DNA of 64,000 nucleotides from Fusobacteriota bacterium (GCA_051746725.1 JBNJFI010000003.1:1-64000), one strand, 5' to 3'; positions 11,364 to 21,728 are shown, counted from the stretch's first letter. The notes: generated by a model from the sequence alone, not told the origin. Numbers and translations: made by a program.

Positions 11364-11387
11364 TTTGAGACTTACTTTGAGACTTAC
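11364..11387. repeat. 12-bp direct tandem repeat TTTGAGACTTAC x2
   Basis: Exact duplication in the intergenic gap before the MBL hydrolase SD. Confidence 0.7.
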
Positions 11388-11401
11388 AGAGAGGGAGTAA
11401 A

Positions 11402-12010
11402 ATGGAAATAAAAAAATTTGTATTAGATAATTTAGAATCCAATAGTTATTTATATTATAATCTAAAAAGTAAAGAAACTTTTTTGATAGACATTGGAGGA
11501 AAGAACATTAAAGATATTCTTGAGTATATAAAAGCTAATAAACTAAATCTGACAAAACTGATTTTAACCCATGGACATATAGATCATATAGAAGGATTAA
11601 AGAGATTAATTCAATATAAAAATGATTTGCAAATTTATATAGGTCAAGAAGATTTAGAATTTTTATATGACTCCAATCTTAATTTATCAACATATGTAAA
11701 TGGATATGATTTTAAAATTAGCAAAGATATAAATATAAAAACTTATGATTCTAAAAATCCAATTGGAATATTAAACCCAATTGATTCTCCTGGACATACT
11801 AATGGGAGTAAGATGTTATATGACAAAAAAGAAGGGGTTTTATTTTCAGGAGATGTAATATTTAAAAATGGAATAGGAAGAACTGATTTTCCAACAGGAT
11901 CAATAAAAAAAATGGAAACTACTATGAAAAAACTTTTAAGTTTTCCAAAGTCAACAGTGGTCTATCCTGGACATGGTCCGAAGTTTAGGTTAGAAGAAAA
12001 ATTAGATTAA
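11402..12010 (+). CDS. MBL-fold metallo-hydrolase (glyoxalase II/YcbL-like)
   Basis: THGHIDH, PGHT, FSGD, GRTD, PGHG. Confidence 0.9.
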   Translation: MEIKKFVLDNLESNSYLYYNLKSKETFLIDIGGKNIKDILEYIKANKLNLTKLILTHGHIDHIEGLKRLIQYKNDLQIYIGQEDLEFLYDSNLNLSTYVNGYDFKISKDINIKTYDSKNPIGILNPIDSPGHTNGSKMLYDKKEGVLFSGDVIFKNGIGRTDFPTGSIKKMETTMKKLLSFPKSTVVYPGHGPKFRLEEKLD

Positions 12011-12025
12011 TACAAGGGGGAAAAA

Positions 12026-13336
12026 ATGAAGAAAGCTATATTAATATTTTTATCTTTATCAACATTTATATTTTCGTATGATTCTACTGCAGATGATACT
12101 ACAGAGTTATCAGTTACGATATATAATAATAATTTTGGGGTAGTAAAGGAGAAAAGAAATCTGGACCTAAAAAGAAATGATACCTTAATAAATTATAAAG
12201 ATGTTGCGCAGCATATTGAAACTGATTCACTTATTATAAAAGGAGTGAATATATTAGAATCTAATTATGAATATGATTTAGTTAATAAACAAAAACTTTT
12301 AAGTCGGTATTTAGGAGAAAAAATATATATAATGGATGAAACTCAAAAAAGGGAATATAAGCTATTGAGTGTGAATAATGGAATAGTAGTTCAAAATACA
12401 GAAACTCAGGAAATATATCTAGACCCTAAAGGTCAAATGATATTACCTGAATTGAAAAAAGAGTTACAAATTAAACCATCATTTATATGGGAAATTGAAA
12501 GTGGAAGGTCCGATAACTATATAGATGTCTCATATTTAACTAAAAAAATTAATTGGGAAGCAAATTATGTTTTGAATTTAAAAGATAAAAGACTAGATTT
12601 AATAGGTTGGGTAAATATTGAAAATAATTCTGGAAAAGATTATAAGAACTCCAACCTAAAATTAATAGCTGGAGATGTAAAAAGAGTTCAAGAAAATCCC
12701 AAAATGAAATACTTAGCTTCTAGATCAAGTGCAAATGCTGAAAGTCAAGTTAAAGAACAATCCTTTTTTGACTACCATATTTATGAGATAAAAAGAAAGA
12801 CAGATCTAAAAAATAATCAGGATAAACAAATTAAATTTATAAAAACAACTAATTCTAAATTTAAAAAATATTATAAATTTAGTAATTATGATCAAAAAGT
12901 AAGAATAATGATCCAATTTGAAAACAGTGAACAAAATCGTTTAGGTTCTCCTTTGCCAAAAGGTAAGGTAAAGGTCTATAAAGAAGAAAAAGATATGAAA
13001 GAATTTGTTGGGGAAGATAGAATAGATCATACTCCTAAGGACAAAAGCATAAAATTGAATATAGGAACTGCTTTTGACATAGAAGGAGATTTAAAACAAA
13101 AAGATTATGACAAGTTAAATCGAAATTTAAATGAAAAAGAAATGGAATATACATTTAAAAATCATAAAGATGAAGATGCACAAATTCAAGTAGAGCATAA
13201 TTTAAATGGAGACTGGGAGATAATAAATACCAGTGATGAGTATCAAAAAGAAAGCAATCAAAAGGTATTATTTGATATAGAAGTTCCTGCCAATGAAACT
13301 AAAAAAATAAACTTTAGATATAGAGTTGGTAATTGA
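12026..13336 (+). CDS. Secreted DUF4139 domain protein
   Basis: Signal peptide; VTIYNNNFGVVKE, NYEYDL, YLT..I.W.ANY, LIAGDV, PLPKGKV, FVGED.IDHTP. Confidence 0.8.
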   Translation: MKKAILIFLSLSTFIFSYDSTADDTTELSVTIYNNNFGVVKEKRNLDLKRNDTLINYKDVAQHIETDSLIIKGVNILESNYEYDLVNKQKLLSRYLGEKIYIMDETQKREYKLLSVNNGIVVQNTETQEIYLDPKGQMILPELKKELQIKPSFIWEIESGRSDNYIDVSYLTKKINWEANYVLNLKDKRLDLIGWVNIENNSGKDYKNSNLKLIAGDVKRVQENPKMKYLASRSSANAESQVKEQSFFDYHIYEIKRKTDLKNNQDKQIKFIKTTNSKFKKYYKFSNYDQKVRIMIQFENSEQNRLGSPLPKGKVKVYKEEKDMKEFVGEDRIDHTPKDKSIKLNIGTAFDIEGDLKQKDYDKLNRNLNEKEMEYTFKNHKDEDAQIQVEHNLNGDWEIINTSDEYQKESNQKVLFDIEVPANETKKINFRYRVGN

Positions 13337-14094
13337 TGGGCAAAAAAGTTATATATATTTATATTGTTTTTTCTCTGATAATATCAACGACTATTTTTGG
13401 ACTTGATTTTGAATATGAAAAAATAAATTTAAAAGCTGACTGGAACCGGATAAAAGATATTAACAATCAGAAACTTGAGATCAAAAAAAAAGATATTGGA
13501 AAATTTGGGATATTGGTTGGTACTGTTTTTTTGACAGATAGATATATAGACGAAGCAATTTCCAATATAAAAAACGAATCTTTAGATGAATATACTGACT
13601 TAGTTAATCCTCTTGGAGGTCCATTTGCCGGAAAATTAATATTAGGAAGTTATGCCACAGGAATAATATTGAGAAATGACAGGTTAAAACAGACTTCATT
13701 TACCTCATTTGAATCCACTTTATTAGCAGGAGTTACCACTGGGATTTTAAAACATACTTTTGGTCGTGGAAGACCTGAAATAGAAAAAGAGTCAAATGAT
13801 AATCCGTATAAATTTAAGCCTTTCGGAACTTTTTCAAACAAGGATTATGATTCTTTGCCTTCTGGTCATAGTACTATAGCATGGGCTATGCTTACTCCAT
13901 TTGCAGAGGAATATACTAGATTAATTTATATAGTACCTGCATCTGTTTCCTTTGCGAGGATATATAAAGACAGACATTGGACTTCAGATGTATTAGTAGG
14001 TGGTGCTATAGGATTTGGGATAGGCTATACTTTATCTAAATGGCATAAAAAAAATATAGAGTTTTATGGAAATGGTATCAAAGTAAGATTTTAA
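13336..14094 (+). CDS. PAP2 family phosphatase
   Basis: KHTFGRGRP, PSGH, ARIYKDRHWTSD motifs. Confidence 0.88.
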   Translation: MGKKVIYIYIVFSLIISTTIFGLDFEYEKINLKADWNRIKDINNQKLEIKKKDIGKFGILVGTVFLTDRYIDEAISNIKNESLDEYTDLVNPLGGPFAGKLILGSYATGIILRNDRLKQTSFTSFESTLLAGVTTGILKHTFGRGRPEIEKESNDNPYKFKPFGTFSNKDYDSLPSGHSTIAWAMLTPFAEEYTRLIYIVPASVSFARIYKDRHWTSDVLVGGAIGFGIGYTLSKWHKKNIEFYGNGIKVRF

Positions 14095-14096
14095 GT

Positions 14097-14125
14097 TTGA
14101 AACTTTGATTTTAATATGATATAAT
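14097..14125 (+). promoter_or_regulatory. sigma70 promoter with extended -10
   Basis: TTGAAA, 17 bp, TATAAT preceded by TGn. Confidence 0.7.
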
Positions 14126-14166
14126 AACAGAGAAATTAATCAATTTAATATAGAGAGGAGACAAAA

Positions 14167-14508
14167 ATGGTAAGAAAATTAAAAAAGGATAAGGGATCTA
14201 AAAATTCGCAAAATATTATGAAACAAGCTCAAGGAATGCAAAAGAAAATGTTGGAAGTACAAGAGGGATTAAAAGAAAAAGAACTTGAGGCTTCAGTAGG
14301 TGGAGGAGCAGTAACAGCAAAAGTTAATGGACAAAAGGAATTATTAGGAATAAAATTAAACCCGGAAGTTGTAGATCCCGATGACGTTGAGATGCTTGAA
14401 GATTTAGTGACTTCTGCAGTTGTAGAAGCAATGAGACAGGCAGAAGAATTAGCAGAAAAAGAGATGAATAAAGTTACAGGTGGAATAAACATACCGGGTT
14501 TAATATAA
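14167..14508 (+). CDS. ybaB: YbaB/EbfC nucleoid-associated protein
   Basis: MKQAQ.MQ, GGGAVTAKVNG, DDVEMLEDLV. Confidence 0.92.
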   Translation: MVRKLKKDKGSKNSQNIMKQAQGMQKKMLEVQEGLKEKELEASVGGGAVTAKVNGQKELLGIKLNPEVVDPDDVEMLEDLVTSAVVEAMRQAEELAEKEMNKVTGGINIPGLI

Positions 14509-14525
14509 ATTAAATCTGAAAAAGT

Positions 14526-14552
14526 TAAGAGAGAGAGATCTCTCTTTTCTTA
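14526..14552 (+). terminator. Probable intrinsic terminator after ybaB
   Basis: TAAGAGAGAGAGATCTCTCTTTTCTTA inverted repeat. Confidence 0.55.
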
Positions 14553-14637
14553 TATTTAAGGAGATAATATCGAAATTGTTTTATGAGTTAAAACGAGATT
14601 ATTAAAGCATTATATTAAATAAGAATTAGGAGTAAAA

Positions 14638-15483
14638 ATGAAGGACAAATTGGAAATATATTCTTTTAATTTTGTTAAAAAAATATTATTAATATTACCT
14701 AAGGCTTTAAGATACAAACTTGGAGAATTATTAGGAATCATAATATATTATACAGTTAAAAGTAGACGTAGAGTAACATATAAAAATTTAAAAATTGCAT
14801 TTCCAGAAAAAGATAAAAAAGAAATTCGAGTAATTGCTAAAAAATCTTATGAAAATATAGCAAAATCTTTTTTGGAGATATTATGGTTAGATAAATTAAA
14901 AATAGACGTAAAGGGAAAAGAAAACTTAGATAAAGCTCTTAAAAAAGAAAAAGGTGCTATTTTATTATCGTTACATTTAGATAACTGGGAATTAGCAGGA
15001 GCAGCTGTTGCAAAAAAAGGGTATGATTTATATGGAGTTGCAAAAAAGCAACATAACGAAGAGTTTAATAAAATAATAAACAAAATTAGAGAAAGTGTTG
15101 GAATAAAAATTGTTCAACAGGGAAAAGGAAGATCCCCTAGAAAATTAATAAAAGCAATTAAGAATAAAGGGGTTATTGGTCTCATATCAGATCAATACGT
15201 TGATGATGTGGAAGTGGAATTTTTTTCAAAAAAGACAAAGGCGCCATCTGGTGCTGCAACCTTTCAAAGAAAATTTGAAATACCGGTAGTTCCAATATAT
15301 GCCATAAGAAATAAAGATAATTCACATACAGTATATATAGAACCAGAATTAAAGTTAAATAGAAGTGATGATTCCAAAAAAGATATACAAAATAATACTC
15401 AAAAATGCATGAATAAAATACAAGAGATAATCAAGAAAAAACCTGAACAATGGTTTTGGCAACATAAAAGATGGAGGGATTAA
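14638..15483 (+). CDS. Lipid A late acyltransferase (LpxL/HtrB family)
   Basis: NLKIAFPE, HLDNWEL, SDQ, PEQWFWQHKRW; adjacent to kdsB. Confidence 0.88.
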   Translation: MKDKLEIYSFNFVKKILLILPKALRYKLGELLGIIIYYTVKSRRRVTYKNLKIAFPEKDKKEIRVIAKKSYENIAKSFLEILWLDKLKIDVKGKENLDKALKKEKGAILLSLHLDNWELAGAAVAKKGYDLYGVAKKQHNEEFNKIINKIRESVGIKIVQQGKGRSPRKLIKAIKNKGVIGLISDQYVDDVEVEFFSKKTKAPSGAATFQRKFEIPVVPIYAIRNKDNSHTVYIEPELKLNRSDDSKKDIQNNTQKCMNKIQEIIKKKPEQWFWQHKRWRD

Positions 15484-16221
15484 ATGAAAAGTTTAGGTAT
15501 AATTCCAGCTAGATATGGGTCTACTAGATTTGAAGGTAAACCTTTAGCTAAAATAGATGGTTTCCCAATGATAGAATGGGTATATAGACGTTCTCTAAAA
15601 TCAAAATTAGATAGAGTTATTGTTGCAACTGATGATAAGAGAATATTAAATGCTGTTCTTGATTTTGGAGGAGAGGCTATGTTAACTGGAAAAGATCATA
15701 AAACTGGAACAGATAGAATTAATGAAGTTGCAAAAAAGTTTAAAGATTATAAAATAATACTAAACATTCAAGGTGATGAACCTTTAATTTATCCTGAGAT
15801 GATAAATGATCTTCTAGATGGAATGAATGAATCAAAAGTTTTAATGGGGAGCTTAAAACATAAAATTAATTCTAAAAAAGATATCGAAAATCCCAATATT
15901 GTAAAAGTTATAACAGATAAAAATGGAAATGCTTTATATTTCAGTAGAAGTCAAATTCCATATAATAGAGGTAATGAAGATATTGATTATTATAAACACA
16001 TAGGAATATATGGATATAAAAGAAAGTTTTTATTAAATTATAATAAGATGGAGCCAACAAAATTAGAAAAATCTGAAAGTTTAGAACAGTTAAGAGTTCT
16101 TGAAAATGGATATGACATAAAGATGATTGAAAGTGAATATGAAGTAATAGGAGTAGATACGCCTGAAGATTTACACGAAGTTAAGAGAATTATAAAACAA
16201 CAAGATATAAGTTTAAAATAA
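15484..16221 (+). CDS. kdsB: 3-deoxy-manno-octulosonate cytidylyltransferase
   Basis: IPARYGSTRFEGKPL, NIQGDEP, LYFSRS, HIGIYGY, LEQLR. Confidence 0.96.
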   Translation: MKSLGIIPARYGSTRFEGKPLAKIDGFPMIEWVYRRSLKSKLDRVIVATDDKRILNAVLDFGGEAMLTGKDHKTGTDRINEVAKKFKDYKIILNIQGDEPLIYPEMINDLLDGMNESKVLMGSLKHKINSKKDIENPNIVKVITDKNGNALYFSRSQIPYNRGNEDIDYYKHIGIYGYKRKFLLNYNKMEPTKLEKSESLEQLRVLENGYDIKMIESEYEVIGVDTPEDLHEVKRIIKQQDISLK

Positions 16222-16299
16222 TATATTTTAGTAAGAATAAAATCAGTAAGAATAAAAGAGAATTAAAGCATAAAACTTAAAGGAGAAAAACTAAAAAAA

Positions 16300-17475
16300 A
16301 TGAAAAACCGAAAAATTCAAAATTATATTTTTGAAGATTATAAAAATGATTTTAAAGAAAAAAAGACGCCTTTTTTGTATATGGACATGTCAAAAATAGA
16401 AAATAATTATATTGAAATGAAAGAATCATTAGAAAATACTGAGATTTTTTATGCTATTAAGGCAAACTCTAATCGAAAAATTTTACGAAAATTAAAAATT
16501 CTAGGATCCTCTTTTGATATAGCTTCAAAAGGTGAATTAAATATACTTTTAGAAGAAGGTGTAGACCCAGATAAGATAAGTTTCGGAAATACAATAAAAA
16601 AAGAAGAAGATATAAAATATGCTTATGAAAATGGAATTAGACTTTTCGTCGTAGATGAGTTTGCAGAAATGGAAAAAGTTGCAAGAGTTGCCAAAGGAAG
16701 TAAAGTTTTTATTAGATTATCAGTCGATAATGACAATACTGATTGGCCTTTAACAGAAAAATTTGGATGCAACAGAGAAAAGGCAGTTGAAATATTAGAA
16801 AAGGCAAAAGAAAAAGGTCTGATTCCCTATGGAATTTCCTTCCATGTTGGATCTCAATGTTATAATAAGTTTGCCTGGAGAAATGCTCTAGAGCAAGTCC
16901 GAGAAATTTTTGATAATTTAAAAAATAAAGGAATAAACTTAAAATTTATAAATTTAGGTGGTGGAATTCCAGTTCAACATATCAAAAAGATTCCAACTGT
17001 AAAGGAAATATCAGAAATCATCAATGAAACCATCAAAAAAGAATTTAAAGATTATGATGATTTAAAAATAGCTTCCGAACCTGGAAGATCTTTAGTTGGA
17101 GATGCAGGGACACTTATAACAAAAGTTATACTGAAATCCCAAAGAAAAAAAACATGGTTATATTTAGATACAGGGATTTTTCATGGATTATTTGAAACCA
17201 TTCAAAATTTTAGATACGAAATCATATCAGAAAGTGAACTTTTAAAATTAGATGATCAAGATACAAAAAGTTATACACTCTCTGGTCCTACCTGTGACAG
17301 TATAGATACAATGTATAAAGACATAAATTTACCTGCGGATATAGAAATAGGCGACTATTTATTTATAAAAAATGCAGGGGCTTATACTACAGCCTATGCT
17401 ACAAATTTTAATGGCATTAAAGCTCCAAAAATTTATTTTAAAGGAGATGATTATGGACCGAGCAAAAAAGTATAA
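16300..17475 (+). CDS. Fold-type III PLP-dependent ornithine/lysine decarboxylase
   Basis: YAIKAN (PLP Lys), FDIAS, SFHVGSQ, EPGR, GPTCDS, GAYT. Confidence 0.88.
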   Translation: MKNRKIQNYIFEDYKNDFKEKKTPFLYMDMSKIENNYIEMKESLENTEIFYAIKANSNRKILRKLKILGSSFDIASKGELNILLEEGVDPDKISFGNTIKKEEDIKYAYENGIRLFVVDEFAEMEKVARVAKGSKVFIRLSVDNDNTDWPLTEKFGCNREKAVEILEKAKEKGLIPYGISFHVGSQCYNKFAWRNALEQVREIFDNLKNKGINLKFINLGGGIPVQHIKKIPTVKEISEIINETIKKEFKDYDDLKIASEPGRSLVGDAGTLITKVILKSQRKKTWLYLDTGIFHGLFETIQNFRYEIISESELLKLDDQDTKSYTLSGPTCDSIDTMYKDINLPADIEIGDYLFIKNAGAYTTAYATNFNGIKAPKIYFKGDDYGPSKKV

Positions 17476-18520
17476 TAATACGAAATTAGTTTTTAATATA
17501 ATAAGTATATTTCTAAACTTATTTTTACTTTATATTTTAGGTTTTTCTAAATTAGGTAATTATATTCAAGATGTCGCTAAAAATTCAACAAATAATAATA
17601 TGGTTAATATTATTTTATATAGTATATTGACTATAACTCTTATCTTTTTTGCAAATTCAATTTTATCTTTTTACACAGGTTATATTTTAGAAAAAAAGTA
17701 TGATCTATCCAATGAAGATATATTTGGATGGCTAAAAAAACAACTAAAAACTTTTTTGATAAGTCTAATATTTGGAGTTATAATTATATTAGCAATGCAT
17801 GTGATTTTATCTAAAACAAAAGGTGATTGGTGGATATATCTATTTAGTTTTTTAGTAATATTTAATTTAATTTTAGGAACTTTAGCTCCAGTTATAATTT
17901 TTCCGATCTTTTATGATTTTACAGATATAGAAAATGGAGAATTAAAAGAAAAAATATTAGATTTGTGCAAAAAAGGAAATTTAAAAATAAAAGGAATTTT
18001 TAAGTTTAATATGAGTAAAGATACTAAAAAATCCAATGCAGCTTTTACAGGGCTAGGAAAAACTAAAAGAGTTCTTTTGGCAGATAATCTTCTAGACAAA
18101 TTCACAGATAGAGAGATTTTATCGGTATTCGCCCATGAATTAGGACATTTTAAGAAAAAACATATATGGAAAATGATGATTTTTTCTTTTATAATACTTT
18201 TGATATCTTTATATTTGATTTCTAGTAATATAAATATAGAAAATCATTCTAAATATATAATTATATTTCAAATAGCATTTTATTTATCTATTTTGCAAAA
18301 TATTACTATGGTTTTGGATAATATATATTCAAGAAAAAATGAATATGAAGCTGATAATTATGCAAAAAAGATGATGGGGACTGGAGAAGAATTGATTTCA
18401 GCATTAAAAAAATTAAAAGAAGAAAATCTAGCTGATGAAAATCCAAATGCAGTTGCAGAATTTATATTTTATTCACATCCATCGATAACAAAAAGAATAA
18501 AAAATTTGAAAGGGGATTAA
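17453..18520 (+). CDS. M48 (Ste24-like) membrane zinc metalloprotease
   Basis: NAAFTG, AHELGH, EYEAD, YSHP; start at ATG 17453 behind SD AAGGAG. Confidence 0.9.
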   Translation: MDRAKKYNNTKLVFNIISIFLNLFLLYILGFSKLGNYIQDVAKNSTNNNMVNIILYSILTITLIFFANSILSFYTGYILEKKYDLSNEDIFGWLKKQLKTFLISLIFGVIIILAMHVILSKTKGDWWIYLFSFLVIFNLILGTLAPVIIFPIFYDFTDIENGELKEKILDLCKKGNLKIKGIFKFNMSKDTKKSNAAFTGLGKTKRVLLADNLLDKFTDREILSVFAHELGHFKKKHIWKMMIFSFIILLISLYLISSNINIENHSKYIIIFQIAFYLSILQNITMVLDNIYSRKNEYEADNYAKKMMGTGEELISALKKLKEENLADENPNAVAEFIFYSHPSITKRIKNLKGD

Positions 18521-18521
18521 A

Positions 18522-19109
18522 ATGATAAAATTCATATTAATGGCAATATCATATATTTTAGGAAGTGTTCCAAATGGCGTTATTTTTGGAAAAGTATTAA
18601 AAGGAAAAGATATAAGAAATTATGGAAGTAAAAATACAGGTGCAACAAATGCCTATAGAGTTTTTGGAAAAGGAATAGGTATTACTGTACTGATAGGAGA
18701 TATATTAAAAGGGGCTGCTCCAGTATTAATAGGAAAATATTTTGAAATGCCTGATTTATATCTTGTTTTAATAGGAGCTTTTGCAATATTAGGACATACA
18801 AATTCAATTTTTTTGAAATTTAAAGGTGGAAAAGGTGTTGCAACTAGTTTAGGAGTGTTTTTAGTTTTGATTCCTAAAGTTGTTTTGGCATTAATTATAG
18901 TATTTATAGGGATTGTATATTTTTCAAGATATGTGTCACTTGCTTCGATTACAGTTGCAGCTTTAATGCCAATTTTAGAATTGATTTTCTATGGAAGTCA
19001 AAGAATTTCAATTTTTATTTTTACAGTTATTATGGCAGCTTATGTAATATATAGACATAAAGCAAATATTAAGAGATTAATAAATGGAGAAGAAAATAGA
19101 TTTAAATAA
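18522..19109 (+). CDS. plsY: Glycerol-3-phosphate 1-O-acyltransferase
   Basis: GSKNTGATN, DILKG, FKGGKGVAT, RHKANI. Confidence 0.95.
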   Translation: MIKFILMAISYILGSVPNGVIFGKVLKGKDIRNYGSKNTGATNAYRVFGKGIGITVLIGDILKGAAPVLIGKYFEMPDLYLVLIGAFAILGHTNSIFLKFKGGKGVATSLGVFLVLIPKVVLALIIVFIGIVYFSRYVSLASITVAALMPILELIFYGSQRISIFIFTVIMAAYVIYRHKANIKRLINGEENRFK

Positions 19110-19118
19110 GGAGGAATT

Positions 19119-20132
19119 ATGAGTCCTAAGAATAAAATTGTAGTAATGGGCGCCGGTAGTTGGGGAACAACCTTGGCTATTTTATTAGCTAAAAAAGGAA
19201 ATGATGTAACTCTATGGGAATATATGCCAGAAGTTGCTGAAAAACTAAAAAAAGACAGAGAAAATAAAACATATTTAAAAGGTGTAAAATTTCCAGATAA
19301 CCTAAAAGTAACTAATAATACAGAAAACTTGTTAAGTGATGTTAATTATTTAGTCTTTTCTGTTCCGTCGCAATATTTACGAAATATTGTAAAATTAGTA
19401 GCTTCTCAAATGAGAGAAGAGCTTACAATTGTTGATACAGGAAAAGGAATAGAGATTGATACTCAAAAAAGGTTATCTCAAGTTATTGAAGATGAAATCG
19501 AGGAAAAATATCATAATAACATCGTAGTTCTGTCTGGACCTACTCATGCAGAGGAAGTTGCAAAAAAGAAGCCATCTGCAATAGTTGCTGCAGCTAAAGA
19601 GAGATATATTGCCAAAAAAGTACAGGGCTTATTTAGTACTAGTTATTTCCGAGTATATTCAAATACTGATATAGTTGGAGTTGAGTTGGCAGGTGCCTTA
19701 AAAAATTGTATAGCAATAGCATCTGGTGTATCAGATGGTATGAACTATGGAGATAATACAAAGGCCGCTTTAATAACTAGAGGTTTACAAGAGATGGTGA
19801 GATTTGGTCGTGAATTTGGAGCTAATGAGAAAACTTTTTCAGGATTATCTGGAATAGGGGATCTAATAACTACATGTACAAGTAAACATAGTAGAAATAG
19901 GTATTTCGGAGAAGAACTAGGAAAGGGTAAAAAAAAGGATCAAATTTTAGAAAATATGGTTATGGTTGCAGAAGGAGTACCTACTGTTAAAGCGGTATAT
20001 GAAATTGCAAAATCAAGATCTATTTCAATGCCAGTTGTTGAAGGCCTGTATGATATCATTTATAATGAAAAAGCTCCAGAAAAAATTTTATCAAAACTCA
20101 TGAATCGGGAACTAAAGGATGAATTTTATTAA
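19119..20132 (+). CDS. gpsA: NAD(P)H-dependent glycerol-3-phosphate dehydrogenase
   Basis: GAGSWGT, SGPTHAEE, GALKN, GDLITTC..SRN. Confidence 0.95.
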   Translation: MSPKNKIVVMGAGSWGTTLAILLAKKGNDVTLWEYMPEVAEKLKKDRENKTYLKGVKFPDNLKVTNNTENLLSDVNYLVFSVPSQYLRNIVKLVASQMREELTIVDTGKGIEIDTQKRLSQVIEDEIEEKYHNNIVVLSGPTHAEEVAKKKPSAIVAAAKERYIAKKVQGLFSTSYFRVYSNTDIVGVELAGALKNCIAIASGVSDGMNYGDNTKAALITRGLQEMVRFGREFGANEKTFSGLSGIGDLITTCTSKHSRNRYFGEELGKGKKKDQILENMVMVAEGVPTVKAVYEIAKSRSISMPVVEGLYDIIYNEKAPEKILSKLMNRELKDEFY

Positions 20133-20138
20133 AAAATC

Positions 20139-20167
20139 TTGAAAATTTTAAAAATAAAAGGTATAAT
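20139..20167 (+). promoter_or_regulatory. sigma70 promoter for STAS-dnaN-glgB
   Basis: TTGAAA, 17 bp, TATAAT. Confidence 0.7.
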
Positions 20168-20216
20168 AAATTAAGAAATAAAATAAAAATTGATATTTAG
20201 ATGATAGGAGGAAATT

Positions 20217-20555
20217 ATGAAGTTAGATATGACAAAAGAAGAAAATGGTATAAAATTAGTATCCATTGAAGGTGAAATAGATGTATATACTTCTTTAGAA
20301 ATAAAAAAAGATTTAAATCAAATAATTGATGAAGATGGATTAAAATTAGTTATAGATTTAGATCAAGTTACTTACATAGACAGTTCAGGGCTAGGAGTAT
20401 TTGTTACAATTTTAAAAAAGATTAACAAAAAAGGTGGTAATATGAAACTTATAAACTTACAACCTAGTGTAGAGAAAATTTTTGAAATAACAAGGCTTAA
20501 AAAGTTTTTTGAGATTTATGAAAATAAAGAAGAGGCAATAAAAAGTTTTAATTAA
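20217..20555 (+). CDS. STAS domain anti-sigma factor antagonist (RsbV/SpoIIAA-like)
   Basis: GEIDVY, YIDSSGLG (phospho-Ser motif), FEITRL. Confidence 0.9.
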   Translation: MKLDMTKEENGIKLVSIEGEIDVYTSLEIKKDLNQIIDEDGLKLVIDLDQVTYIDSSGLGVFVTILKKINKKGGNMKLINLQPSVEKIFEITRLKKFFEIYENKEEAIKSFN

Positions 20556-20563
20556 TCAGGAGG

Positions 20564-21703
20564 ATGGATAGAAATATGCTTAATATAAAAATAGATAGAG
20601 AAGCTTTTTTGAAAGGACTTAAAGTTGTAGAAAATGCAATTAATGAAAATAAGATAAGACCAGTTATTTCTGGAGTTTATCTTAAAACAGAAAATAATCA
20701 AATTATTTTAAAGGGAACAGACCTTGAACTTACAATTGATATTACAGTAGAAGGAGAAATAATAGAAGAAGGAGCAATTGTATTTTCTCATAAATTAGTT
20801 GAAGAATATGTAAAAGAGATAAACACAGAAAAATTAGAATTAATTGAAAAAAATGGAGAATTAAAAATCCAAACTTCTGATTCTGTATCAAAATTTTCCT
20901 TATATGAAGCTGAAGAATACCCAGTTATTCAAGAGTTAGATAATGGAAAGGAATTTTATATAGATAAGAAAAAATTTCAAACTTCTCTTGAGAATACAAG
21001 AATTGCAGCTGCGGAATCAACAGAAAATTTAGCAATAAATTGTGTTAGATTAGAAATAACGGATGATAAAATAAAAATGATATCTTCCGACAGTTTTAGA
21101 ATGGCATATAATGAATTAGAAATAGAAAATGAAGAAAATAAAGGTAAAAATCTTAAAATAAGTATACCATTGAAAACAGTAGATAGTTTTTTAAAAGTTA
21201 TAAAATTAGATGAAAGTAAGAGTGTCAACCTGAGATATGAAGGAAGTCAAGTTTATTTTAGAATAGGAAACATATCTATTTTAAGTAGAACAATAGACTT
21301 GTCTTTTCCAGATTATGAAGCTATATTAGGGAATGCCGTTTATAATAAAAAAGTTTTATCTAACAAAAAAGAATTAAAAGCTATATTACGTAGGGTATTA
21401 ATTTTTGTAAGAAATAATACTGAAACTAAAAATAGTGGAATCTTTAACTTTGTTGGAAATGAATTATTAATAAAAGGTGTGTCTGATAGAGCAAAGGTAA
21501 ATGAAAAAGTAGAAACATTAAAAACAGGTGATGATCTGAAGATATCACTGAATGTAAAGTATTTATTAGATTTTATTAATCGATTAGATAGTGAAAATAT
21601 TGAAATGGAGTTACAAAATGCCAGTAGTGCTGTTTTATTACACGGTGAAGATGATAAAAGTTATAAATACCTTACAATGCCTTTGGCTTTAAGAGAAGAA
21701 TAA
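20564..21703 (+). CDS. dnaN: DNA polymerase III beta clamp
   Basis: GTDLEL, SDSFRM, FPDYE, LNVKYLLD, YLTMPL; 379 aa. Confidence 0.92.
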   Translation: MDRNMLNIKIDREAFLKGLKVVENAINENKIRPVISGVYLKTENNQIILKGTDLELTIDITVEGEIIEEGAIVFSHKLVEEYVKEINTEKLELIEKNGELKIQTSDSVSKFSLYEAEEYPVIQELDNGKEFYIDKKKFQTSLENTRIAAAESTENLAINCVRLEITDDKIKMISSDSFRMAYNELEIENEENKGKNLKISIPLKTVDSFLKVIKLDESKSVNLRYEGSQVYFRIGNISILSRTIDLSFPDYEAILGNAVYNKKVLSNKKELKAILRRVLIFVRNNTETKNSGIFNFVGNELLIKGVSDRAKVNEKVETLKTGDDLKISLNVKYLLDFINRLDSENIEMELQNASSAVLLHGEDDKSYKYLTMPLALREE

Positions 21704-21728
21704 AACGAAGAAAATAAAGGGGGAAAAG

